Shown piece by piece: positions 10,961-19,835 of a DNA stretch of 64,000 nt (positions are counted from its first letter, which is position 1; every line of letters starts with the position of its first letter). Location of the stretch: positions 1,952,001-2,016,000 of the forward strand of contig CBDFKD010000002.1 of assembly GCA_965248695.1 (NCBI GenBank). Direction: 5' to 3'. Origin of the DNA: Acidobacteriota bacterium (GTDB lineage: Bacteria; Acidobacteriota; UBA890; WLXD01). A program made the translations under genes and the position numbers. The notes beneath the pieces are model-generated. The model was not told the DNA's origin and made no database searches. It was given only the letters and a program-made list of their open reading frames with translations.

Positions 10961-11524
10961 TTACTCCACCCGTTTGGCTAGAACGATACTCGGTTTTCCC
11001 CGCCCCTCCGCATCCGGCATCAGACCTACGACGGTGAAACCGACGCTGGCCCAGAACTCCCAGGCGTGCGGTTTGATGCTCTCGATGCTGGAAATCGCCG
11101 CCGCTGGATCAGCGTAGAGATCAGCGCCCGCCAGATTGGTCGACCCCATCTCGTCGCTGGTGCCGGCCCACAAGGTCAACACACCCTGCTGGCGCGCCTG
11201 TCGCTCGACATCCTCGATGAGGACTCGCCCATACCCTTTGCCCTGGTGCGCCGTGGCCACGGCGATCGGGTGAATCTCCCATACGCGACCGCCGCTGTGG
11301 GGGACAATGCCGATCCAGCCGACGGGCTCGCGTGACGCGTCGATCAGCACCCGACTGAGACGGCCGGGAGTCAGCGATTCGAGGATCTCGAGCGTCGCGT
11401 CGTTGACCGTGGGTAGCCAGTTCGGCGAATGCTGTTTGAGTGCCTCGAACACCAGCGGACCCAGTCGACCGATCATGTCGCGATCGTGTCCGACCAGATC
11501 GACGATTTGCTGGCTGCTCGCCAT
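10961..11524 (-). CDS. GNAT acetyltransferase, AAC(6')-Ia/Ii-like
   Basis: WEIHPIAV, acetyl-CoA motif QGKGYG, GTSDE, C-terminal MPDAEGRGKPSIVLAK. Confidence 0.75.
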   Translation of the reverse strand: MASSQQIVDLVGHDRDMIGRLGPLVFEALKQHSPNWLPTVNDATLEILESLTPGRLSRVLIDASREPVGWIGIVPHSGGRVWEIHPIAVATAHQGKGYGRVLIEDVERQARQQGVLTLWAGTSDEMGSTNLAGADLYADPAAAISSIESIKPHAWEFWASVGFTVVGLMPDAEGRGKPSIVLAKRVE

Positions 11525-12355
11525 GGGCACTCCGGTGCTTCGAGAGCTTGGTTGGCTCATCCGTGATGGGTTGCGGATCGTGAACCGCAGCGTCTAGATT
11601 GCTACGCCCGCTGCCGAAGGTCCAATCGCATCAAGCCGTAACCGGGGGGGGAATCGTGTTCTTCGCCGCCCGATCACCTCAGCGCGCGAAGACAGGTGGC
11701 GTCCGCTCAGACCATGGCCGGGCCTCTTCGAGCTCGTACGCGAGCTCCAGGAGCGTTCGCTCGGCACCACGCCAGGCAGAGAACTGCACCCCGACGGGCA
11801 GCTCGTCCGTGGTCCGGTGCAGCGGGACCGACATTCCCGGCATGCCGGTAGCGTTCTGCAACGGCGTGTAGGCCACCGCGTCGAGCACGCGCTCGAGGGG
11901 CCCAGAACCCGATGAACGCGTCGATGAATTCCTCACCGGGCAGCGGAAGGGCGACCTCTTCGACTTCATGCCCCAGCTGCTCGCATAGTGTCGCCGCGTC
12001 CCTGACGCCCTGCTCCACCTCCGGATGCGGCGCAACGCCGTGGAAGGACTCGGTCATCAGCGCAACCCGGAGGCGATGGGAACGATGCCCGCCGCTACCG
12101 CAGCGGCCCGAGCCGCCACTGGAGCCACCGGGCGAGTATTCGAGATTCCACGGGTTATGCGTTGGTCCGTGCAGGATCGGCTCGGTGGTGTCGATGAGCC
12201 CGAACTCCGGTGAGTTTGTGACGCCTGTAACGATCATTCCAGAAGCCTCCATCGCTGCGATCAGCCGCGAGGTTTCCTCTGGCGGCAGGTGACCTGACCC
12301 CCGAAAACGGATCCGGATGTAATCTCACGATCTGGGTCAAGAACGGGAGGTCAGA

Positions 12356-12634
12356 ATGCCGAGTAAGAGGCACAGCGCCGAGCAGATCGTACGCAAGCTC
12401 CGGGAGGCTGAGGTGGAGCTGGCTCGAGGGGCGACGGTCAAGGATGCCTGCCGCAAGCTAGCAATCACCGAGCACACCTACTACCGGTGGCGGCGAGAGT
12501 ACGGCGGACTGAAGCTCAACCAGGCCAGAAAGCTCAAGCAACTGGAGAAGGAGAATGCCCGGCTCAAGAGGCTGGTGGCGGAAAAGGAACTCGACCTGTC
12601 GATCCTGAAGGAAGTGGCGGAGGGAAACTTCTGA
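12356..12634 (+). CDS. IS3 transposase OrfA (HTH)
   Basis: TYYRWRREYGG..LKQLEKENARLKRLVA; ends at the GGGAAAC slippery site. Confidence 0.92.
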   Translation: MPSKRHSAEQIVRKLREAEVELARGATVKDACRKLAITEHTYYRWRREYGGLKLNQARKLKQLEKENARLKRLVAEKELDLSILKEVAEGNF

Positions 12635-13515
12635 GCCCAGCTCGGCGGCGAGAGGCGGTGGCACATGTACGGGGGCGGCTGGGCGTCTCGGAGAGGCGGG
12701 CGTGTCGGGTACTGAAACAACCACGCACGACACACCGGTACGTGCCAAGAGAGCCGCAACAGGAGCAGATTTTGACGGAGCGGATCGTGGATTTAGCCCG
12801 ACAGTACGGGCGCTACGGATATCGGAGGGTGACAGCGTTGCTGCGCATGGAGGGCTGGTCCGTGAACCACAAACGAGTGCAGCGTATCTGGCGGCGCGAA
12901 GGGCTGAAAGTACCGAGAAAACAGCCCAAACGAGCACGGCTGTGGCTGAGCGATGGCTCCTGCATCCGGCTGCGCCCACAGCACCGGGATCATGTCTGGG
13001 CGTATGACTTCCTGCACCACCGGACGCACGACGGTCGGGCTATGAGGCTGCTGACGATCGTCGATGAGTACACACGAGAAAGCCTGGCGATCCATGTAGC
13101 ACGGAAGCTCAACTCTGAGGACGTGCTGGAGCAGCTCGGGAGGTTGTTCGTACACCGGGGCATACCTGAGCACATCCGGTCGGATAACGGACCAGAGTTC
13201 ACCGCCGAGGCGGTTCGCGACTGGCTGGGCCGGTTGGGCGTGGGGACGCTGTTCATCGAGCCGGGCTCGCCGTGGGAGAACGGTTACGTGGAGAGCTTCA
13301 ACGGCAAGCTACGCGACGAGCTGCTGGATGGAGAGATCTTCTACACGCTCAAGGAGGCAAAGGTTCTGATCGAGAGATGGCGTCAGCACTACAACCGCAT
13401 GCGACCGCACAGCTCGCTGAGCTATCGGCCGCCCGCACCCGAAGCGACGTTGTTGAAGCCGGCTGCGCTCCGCTTCGCCGGCCTCAACAACCTCTTGTCA
13501 GCACCGAGTTACTGA
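12631..13515 (+). CDS. IS3 transposase OrfB (DDE integrase core), -1 frame relative to OrfA
   Basis: YGYRR, WAYDF, RSDNGPEF, PWENGYVESFNG, RPHSSL; start is nominal because it is probably reached by frameshifting. Confidence 0.92.
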   Translation: MSPARRREAVAHVRGRLGVSERRACRVLKQPRTTHRYVPREPQQEQILTERIVDLARQYGRYGYRRVTALLRMEGWSVNHKRVQRIWRREGLKVPRKQPKRARLWLSDGSCIRLRPQHRDHVWAYDFLHHRTHDGRAMRLLTIVDEYTRESLAIHVARKLNSEDVLEQLGRLFVHRGIPEHIRSDNGPEFTAEAVRDWLGRLGVGTLFIEPGSPWENGYVESFNGKLRDELLDGEIFYTLKEAKVLIERWRQHYNRMRPHSSLSYRPPAPEATLLKPAALRFAGLNNLLSAPSY

Positions 13516-14063
13516 GATAAGACATGGTACTAACCGCGGGGTCAGGTCACAGGGTGCCGCGCTCGATCGCGCGGGCGTATAGCCGCGACCCCGAATCGAT
13601 GGATGCGCCTTCATAGTCGGTGAGGTTCTTGAGCATCACCGGCACGCCGGCCAGCCGCCCCTGGCCCGAAGGTTGCTCGGCGCGGGCGAGCGCCGACTGC
13701 ACGTCAAATACGCCCGGCACCACGGCACCGAGACTGGCGTTGAGCTGCTCGGTGCGCCGGATCGCCGATTCGACCAGCTCGAGCGGCGTTATCTGGCCGT
13801 CGCGCGCGAGCTTCGACATCCCCATGCCATCGAGACGAGCGAGATCCGATGCCGTCGACCGATCGACCGCTGTGTCGGAGTCACCCGGCCGGCAGGCGAA
13901 GATCGACAGGCCGCCGGCGGACGATACCGAAAGGGCCACGGCGCGCTTGAGAAAGTCGCGTCGGGTGCCACCGGCCACTGCATGTGGCTCAGTGATTGGC
14001 GAGTCGCGCGCCATCCAATGCGATCGGCAGCCACGCCCGCAGCGGTCCAACGCCCGCAACGGC

Positions 14064-15167
14064 TCAGGTTCCCCGGTTCAGCAAGATCGTTATCGAGGCC
14101 TCGGCATCGTTGGCAGTCGCCAGGTCCGGCAGGCCGTCGCCGTTGAAGTCTGCCGCAACGACCTGGTGGGGCTGCTCGCCGACGGGTACGGAGAACGCCA
14201 CCTCGAGCTCGCCGCTGCCGTCGTTGGCGAGCATCGAGATCCGGTGCCCGGAATAGTCAGCAATCGCCACGTCGAGATCGCCGTCACCGTCATAGTCGAG
14301 CGCCACGGCGGCCCACGGAGTCTCGGGTACGATCACCGAAACGTCATGCTCCAGCGAGCCGGCACGGTTCACCAGCACCATTGCCTCGCCGGTACCCGAG
14401 CTGGTGACGATCATGTCGACGTCGCCATCGTTGTCGAGGTCGCCGCCTGCCGCAATGTGGTGATTGGCTCCGAGGGTCAGCGCCGCGCCGGCCGAGAAGC
14501 CGCCGGCACCGTCGTTGAGCAATACATTCACCATGGCGGCGCTGAAGCTGGAGACTACGAGGTCCAGATCACCGTCGGAATCCAGGTCGGCGACCACGGC
14601 CCGCTCCGCGCCCGGGCTTGCCGCGACCGTGCTGGCAAGTGCGAAGCCGCCGGTACCATCGTTGACCAGCAACGAGACGGTTGCCGAACCGAAGTCCGAG
14701 ACCACCCAGTCGATGTCGCCGTCGCCGTCGATATCCGCGGCGACGATGGCGTGCGGACTGGTCCCAACGGTGACTGCCACCCCGGCACGGAAGCGAGCGT
14801 CGCCGGCGTTCATCAGGAGCACGACCTCGTCGGCGCCGGCGTTGACGATTGCCAGATCAAGATCGCCGTCGGCATCCACATCGGCCGCGGCGAGCGCTTC
14901 GGGGCGCTGAAACCCGTCCATCGGCACGCCGGCTACGAAGTTGCCGCGGCCATCGTTCAGCAGTAGCGAGACAGTGTTCGCCTGCTGGTCGGCGGTCGCC
15001 AAGTCGAGATCGCCATCGCCGTCGAAGTCGCCCGCCTGAAGGTTGTAGGCCGGGGTCGCCACGCGCACATCGCGGCGCTCGAAGCCCGCCGTCGATTCCT
15101 GCGAGTACGCCCCCCCCGCCGCTGCCGCCAGCAACAGCCACGCGCAGACGAGCGACGTCCTGTCCAT
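14064..15167 (-). CDS. Secreted FG-GAP/VCBS repeat protein
   Basis: Signal peptide; seven DxDxDGDxDL-type Ca-binding repeats. Confidence 0.88.
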   Translation of the reverse strand: MDRTSLVCAWLLLAAAAGGAYSQESTAGFERRDVRVATPAYNLQAGDFDGDGDLDLATADQQANTVSLLLNDGRGNFVAGVPMDGFQRPEALAAADVDADGDLDLAIVNAGADEVVLLMNAGDARFRAGVAVTVGTSPHAIVAADIDGDGDIDWVVSDFGSATVSLLVNDGTGGFALASTVAASPGAERAVVADLDSDGDLDLVVSSFSAAMVNVLLNDGAGGFSAGAALTLGANHHIAAGGDLDNDGDVDMIVTSSGTGEAMVLVNRAGSLEHDVSVIVPETPWAAVALDYDGDGDLDVAIADYSGHRISMLANDGSGELEVAFSVPVGEQPHQVVAADFNGDGLPDLATANDAEASITILLNRGT

Positions 15168-15171
15168 GCTG

Positions 15172-16569
15172 CTAGCCACGCTCCCTGACAACTTCGCGAA
15201 TTCCGTAGCGCTTGATCATCTCGTTCAACGTCGTAGGTTTGACGTCGAGCAGGGACGCGGCGTCCTTCTGCACCCAGTCGGTCTGCTCCAGCGCGCGTAG
15301 AATCAGCCGCTTTTGGAACTCGCCCACCATCTCCTTGAGCGGCGCAGCGCCCAGCGTCGGGTTTGGCAGCGCGGCCGCGTCTAGCGGGCGCGGATCGATG
15401 TAGTCGCGCACCAACTCGACGCGAATCACACCGTCGGGCGGCGCCAATACGACGGCGCGCTCGATGGCGTTCTCCAGCTCGCGGACGTTGCCGGGCCAAT
15501 CGAACAACCGCAGCTCGTCGATGGCCTCCTCATCAATGCGCATGCCATCGCGACCATTCTCCTCCGAGTACTTGTCGAGGAAGTACTGGGTCAGCAGCGG
15601 AATGTCATCAGCACGATCTCGCAGCGGCGGGATCTTGATCGAGATGACGTTGAGTCGGTAGTAGAGGTCTTCGCGGAACTCGCCGAGCGCCACCTTGTCG
15701 CGCAGGTTGACGTTGGTGGCGCAGATGATGCGCACGTCGGTCTTGATGTTGTCAAGGCCGCCGACCCGCATGAACTCTTTCTCTTGCACTACGCGTAGCA
15801 GCTTCGCCTGTACGTCGGGAGCAATATTGCCGATCTCGTCGAAGAACAGCGTGCCGCCGTCGGCGACTTCGAACAGACCCTTCTTGCTGGCGACCGCACC
15901 GGTAAACGCCCCCTTGACGTGGCCGAAGAGGTTGCTCTCCAGCAGCTCGCTGGGCATCGCCCCCGAGTTGACGGTGACAAAAGCCTTCTCCGCCCGTGCA
16001 CTGTTGGCGTGGATGGCTTTGGCCACCAGTTCCTTACCGGTACCGCTGTCGCCGTGGATCAGAATCGTCGATCGCGAGGGCGCCGCCTGTGAGATGAGAG
16101 CGTAGACGTCCTGCATCTTGCGGTTCTTGCCGATGATGTTCTCGAAGCGGTACTTCTCACGCAGGGCGCGCCGGAGGCTCTGCACTTCGAGCTCCAGCTC
16201 CCGTTGCCTGATGGCGCTCTGCACCACCAGCAACACCTCGTCGTTCTTGAACGGCTTGGTGATGTACTCGTGGGCACCGCGCTTCATCGCCTCGACCGCC
16301 GACTCGACGGAGGCGTAGGCGGTGATCATGATCACCGGGAGCGTGCGATCGATCTGCTTGAGCGCCTCGGTAGTCTGGATACCGTCGATGCCGGGCATCA
16401 TGAGGTCGACGACAGCACAGTCGTAGGGGCGCGCCTGAGCCAGCTCGATGCCCTCCTCGCCCGACTGGGCAATATCAACCTCATAGCCCTCGTCGGACAG
16501 GAACTCCGACAAGATCTCCTGCATGATCGGCTCGTCGTCGACCACCAGAATGGTCTGCTTGTTCGACAA
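15172..16569 (-). CDS. Sigma54-dependent response regulator (NtrC family)
   Basis: Receiver (VVDDE, DLMMP, KPF), Walker A GDSGTGKE, GAFTGA, WPGNVREL, C-terminal HTH. Confidence 0.95.
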   Translation of the reverse strand: MSNKQTILVVDDEPIMQEILSEFLSDEGYEVDIAQSGEEGIELAQARPYDCAVVDLMMPGIDGIQTTEALKQIDRTLPVIMITAYASVESAVEAMKRGAHEYITKPFKNDEVLLVVQSAIRQRELELEVQSLRRALREKYRFENIIGKNRKMQDVYALISQAAPSRSTILIHGDSGTGKELVAKAIHANSARAEKAFVTVNSGAMPSELLESNLFGHVKGAFTGAVASKKGLFEVADGGTLFFDEIGNIAPDVQAKLLRVVQEKEFMRVGGLDNIKTDVRIICATNVNLRDKVALGEFREDLYYRLNVISIKIPPLRDRADDIPLLTQYFLDKYSEENGRDGMRIDEEAIDELRLFDWPGNVRELENAIERAVVLAPPDGVIRVELVRDYIDPRPLDAAALPNPTLGAAPLKEMVGEFQKRLILRALEQTDWVQKDAASLLDVKPTTLNEMIKRYGIREVVRERG

Positions 16570-16621
16570 AGGTTCTCCTGCCCGGCCGGCTGGCGATCAG
16601 CCGGCACGCGGTGGAATTGCG

Positions 16622-19492
16622 CTAGCTGGCGGCGGCTTGCTCGTCAGCGGCCGTCGACGGGAGCGTGATGAGAAACGTCGTGCCGGCGTCCGGATCGCTC
16701 TCCACGGCAATCGTCCCGCGATGCTCTTGAATGATGCCGTAGCTCACGGACAAGCCCAGGCCGGTGCCCTTGCCGACGCCCTTGGTGGTGAAGAACGGGT
16801 CGTAGACCTTCTCGAGATCGCTCTCCTTGATACCTGTCCCGTTGTCGCTTACCCGAAGCACAGAGGCACCGTTGTTCTGGCTGGTCTCGATGTATAGCTC
16901 CCCACCGGCGGGCATGGCGTCGCGCGCGTTGAGCAACAGGTTCATTAGGACCTGCTGGAGCTTGATCGGATCACCTGTGACCGGCGCCACATCACCACCT
17001 AGCTCCGTGGTGATCTTGATGCTGCGCTTGTGGAGCTGAATCTCCGCCAACGCAAGCGTTTCATGCACCACGTCGTTGAGTTGCACATGTCTGAACTCGC
17101 CCGTTTCCTGGCGCGAGAAATTCAGCAGGTTGTTGACGATCTGAGATGCCCGGAACGATTGCTTCTCGATCTTCTCGAGTATGGCGAGACGCGGATCGGT
17201 GTCAGGCAGCTTGCGCTGCAACATCTGCACATAGCTCGAGATGCCGGTAAGCGGCGTGTTTACCTCGTGGGCAACACCGGCGGCAAGCAGCCCGACTGAG
17301 GTGAGCTTCTCGGCCTGCTGCAGCTGTGCCTCGAGCTCGGCGCGCTCGGTTACGTCGTCGACAATGATGACCGTGCCCTCGCCGCCCTCTTCACCGACCA
17401 GGGGCGCCATCGAGAGCGTGACGACCCGATCCTCGCCAGCCCGCGTTCGGAGCGGGATGCGGTACGCAGAAGTTATCGGCTCGAGGCCGCGATGGAGCTT
17501 GCCGCGCGCCTCACTGAGCACGCGGGTGAAGGTGGCCGGGAACAGATCGTCGGCCGTCAGCCCCATGGCCTGTTCCGGCTCGACGCCGTGCAGACGCGCG
17601 AGCGACCGGTTCCATGACTGAACCCTTCCGTTCTCGTCGAGGACCATGACGCCGGCCTTGATGCTCTCGACAACGTTCTCGCTGTATTCCTTCAGACGCT
17701 CCAGATCGCCGGCACGTCGCTGTACCTCCCGGTACAGCAGCGCGTTGTCGATCGCCAGCGCAAGGTGGGCCGCCAGCGGTTGCAGCACCTTGAGGTCTTC
17801 GGTCGACAGGTAGTCGCCCGACAGCTTTCTGCCCAGCGCCAATACCCCGATGATGTCGTCCTTTACGTCCAGCGGCAGGAAGTACGACAGATCCTCGGCC
17901 TCGAGGATCTCGCGATCGTCGGGGTACTCGTCGAGCAGGCTCCCGAGGTCGTCGACGTACAGAAACTCACGCTTGGCCAGAGCGCCCGCGACGAACTGCG
18001 AGAACGTCGACGACAGCTCCCGACCCTCGGACAGAGCGCCGTCGGCGGGCACGATGCGCAACGGGTCGCGCTCCTGGGCGCGCAACAGCACGGCGACGCG
18101 CCCCACATGCAAGGTCTCTCGTACCCGCTGGGCGAGCCGGTCAACAACGCGGGAAAGGTCGGTCTCGCTGTTGAGCTCGCGCCCGAAGTCCATCAGCGTG
18201 CGTCGGGCACGATAGCTCTCGCGGTAGTAGACCCGATCGGCAAGATCGCCGAGCTTGTCGCGCAACGGGGCAAAGCCGATCGCCACCAGCAACGTCGCCA
18301 GCAGCGACGCCGTCTGCACCAATTGGTCTTCTGGGCCGAGGAGCAGGGCCAGCGACCATTGCGAGACGAAGAACACTCCGAGTACAAGCAAGATCGCCAC
18401 TGCATAGGTGATGCTCTGCTTGAGAATGACCTCAACGTCCCATAGGCGGAAGCCCACCGCGGCGTATGCGAACGACAGAGGTACCAACATCAGCGGGACC
18501 ATCGACAGGTTGGTCAACGGCACGTACTCGAGACCGAGCACCTCCATCGGCAGGTAGATCGCCACGAACGGCAGAAAACCGACCGTGAGACCGCCGACGA
18601 GCCACTTCAGGCGCATGCGTTCCGCCGGACTGGTGGAGTTCCGGAACGTATGCGCGAAGATCGCCAGCGCGAGAACGATCGCGAGAGCGAAGTACAAGAG
18701 CTCGCCGAGAGCTCCGATCTGAAAAAGCCGATCAGCCCCTACCGCCGACAGTCCCAGCCACCGGCCGGCGTACCGAGACGCCAGATGGATCGAGAACAGC
18801 AAGGCGCCCGGGGCGATGATTGCCAGAGTCAGCGCTGAGCGGGCTTCCTCGAACTCACGTTTGGGACGCGGAAAGGTGAGCGCGAAGTACACGAACAGGC
18901 CGGGGACAACGGCCCGGGCAATCTGATCGAGCCACAAGATGACGTTGTTCCACGGATCTGCGGCGCGCGTCGTGGCCGAGAGCGTCAGCAATACGTAGAA
19001 CGCCACCGCCAACGCGAAGAAACGATGCCTGGACGAATCGGAGCCGCGCAGCAGGGCGAAGATGCCGACCAGCAGAAATGCGAGACCGACGAAGGCGAGG
19101 TAGTAGTAATAGCCGGCGTCCACTCGCCGGCCGCCGACGATCACCGGAGCGAGAATATCGGGGCCCGCCCGCTGCACCATGTACTCGACCCGTTCGCCGA
19201 CGTCGCGGCTGAAGAGCATGATCTCCACCACTATCGGGTCGATCGGTGGCTGGCCATCGATGCTCAACAAGGTGTCGCCGATATGCAGGCCGGCGTCGGC
19301 ACCGGCACCGGCCGTCTCGACCGCTGCGGCCATCACCTGGTCGCCACGAAGCTCCCAGCGCACGCCGTCCGTGGGTTCTCGCCAGCTCAGCTGATTGGTG
19401 AAGGAGATCACCCCGAGAAACACCAGGGCGCCAGCGAGCACAATCAGCCCGACGATCTGCAGCGCGTCGATGCGTTGGCGTTGGTTTGTCAT
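16622..19492 (-). CDS. Sensor histidine kinase (PDZ, multi-TM, GAF, PAS, HisKA/HATPase)
   Basis: AGLHIGDTLLSIDG (PDZ-like); many TMs; AHEVNTPL H-box; NARDA, DNGTGI, GTGLGL. Confidence 0.92.
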   Translation of the reverse strand: MTNQRQRIDALQIVGLIVLAGALVFLGVISFTNQLSWREPTDGVRWELRGDQVMAAAVETAGAGADAGLHIGDTLLSIDGQPPIDPIVVEIMLFSRDVGERVEYMVQRAGPDILAPVIVGGRRVDAGYYYYLAFVGLAFLLVGIFALLRGSDSSRHRFFALAVAFYVLLTLSATTRAADPWNNVILWLDQIARAVVPGLFVYFALTFPRPKREFEEARSALTLAIIAPGALLFSIHLASRYAGRWLGLSAVGADRLFQIGALGELLYFALAIVLALAIFAHTFRNSTSPAERMRLKWLVGGLTVGFLPFVAIYLPMEVLGLEYVPLTNLSMVPLMLVPLSFAYAAVGFRLWDVEVILKQSITYAVAILLVLGVFFVSQWSLALLLGPEDQLVQTASLLATLLVAIGFAPLRDKLGDLADRVYYRESYRARRTLMDFGRELNSETDLSRVVDRLAQRVRETLHVGRVAVLLRAQERDPLRIVPADGALSEGRELSSTFSQFVAGALAKREFLYVDDLGSLLDEYPDDREILEAEDLSYFLPLDVKDDIIGVLALGRKLSGDYLSTEDLKVLQPLAAHLALAIDNALLYREVQRRAGDLERLKEYSENVVESIKAGVMVLDENGRVQSWNRSLARLHGVEPEQAMGLTADDLFPATFTRVLSEARGKLHRGLEPITSAYRIPLRTRAGEDRVVTLSMAPLVGEEGGEGTVIIVDDVTERAELEAQLQQAEKLTSVGLLAAGVAHEVNTPLTGISSYVQMLQRKLPDTDPRLAILEKIEKQSFRASQIVNNLLNFSRQETGEFRHVQLNDVVHETLALAEIQLHKRSIKITTELGGDVAPVTGDPIKLQQVLMNLLLNARDAMPAGGELYIETSQNNGASVLRVSDNGTGIKESDLEKVYDPFFTTKGVGKGTGLGLSVSYGIIQEHRGTIAVESDPDAGTTFLITLPSTAADEQAAAS

Positions 19493-19562
19493 CAGGAGTA
19501 CTGGATTCGAACGGACGGGCAGCAGGGACTCATCGCACTGCGGGCTCCAGCTCCAGACTTAC

Positions 19563-19577
19563 GCAAGAGGCATACCA
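19563..19577 (-). promoter_or_regulatory. Sigma54 -24/-12 promoter upstream of the kinase
   Basis: Minus strand TGGTATGCCTCTTGC: GG-N10-GC with TTGC, about 70 bp before the kinase start. Confidence 0.65.
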
Positions 19578-19720
19578 CTCGGCGCGGCACCCAACGCGGC
19601 CCGAAGCAGCCGGCTAATAGGGGCCCGGGCAAACCCGTTTGACGATTCATGTCACCCAAGTATCCAATTTATTGGTTATCACATTCAAATACTTGAACCA
19701 GACACCGTCGGAGCCAGACG

Positions 19721-19750
19721 AAAAAAGGCGAGGGGATCGCCTCCCTCGCC
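19721..19750 (-). terminator. Rho-independent terminator
   Basis: Minus strand GGCGAGGG-N8-CCCTCGCC followed by TTTTTT, downstream of the 19836-21572 gene. Confidence 0.8.
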
Positions 19751-19835
19751 GCACTTCAACTCACTCTTCGTACCGGATCCAGCGCCGCGCGCCAACCGCC
19801 CCAGAGGAGCGAGCCGCTGGTTCTGCTTTCTGTTT

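Larger units (their letters stand above)
12290..13549 (+). mobile_element. IS3-family insertion sequence (IS407-group-like), 1260 bp
   Basis: Terminal IRs start TGACCTGACCCC at both ends (TG...CA); 4-bp direct repeat CAGG at 12286-12289 and 13550-13553; orfA/orfB. Confidence 0.95.
11679..14014 (-). pseudogene. Tat-exported amidase-signature enzyme, interrupted by an IS and internally deleted
   Basis: TRRDFLK Tat motif; GVPVMLKN; after removing the IS the frame continues to TNSPEFG, NPWN, PGGSSGGS; then a frameshift and missing blocks; C-terminus LPVGVQ..LELAYELEEARPW. Confidence 0.85.
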
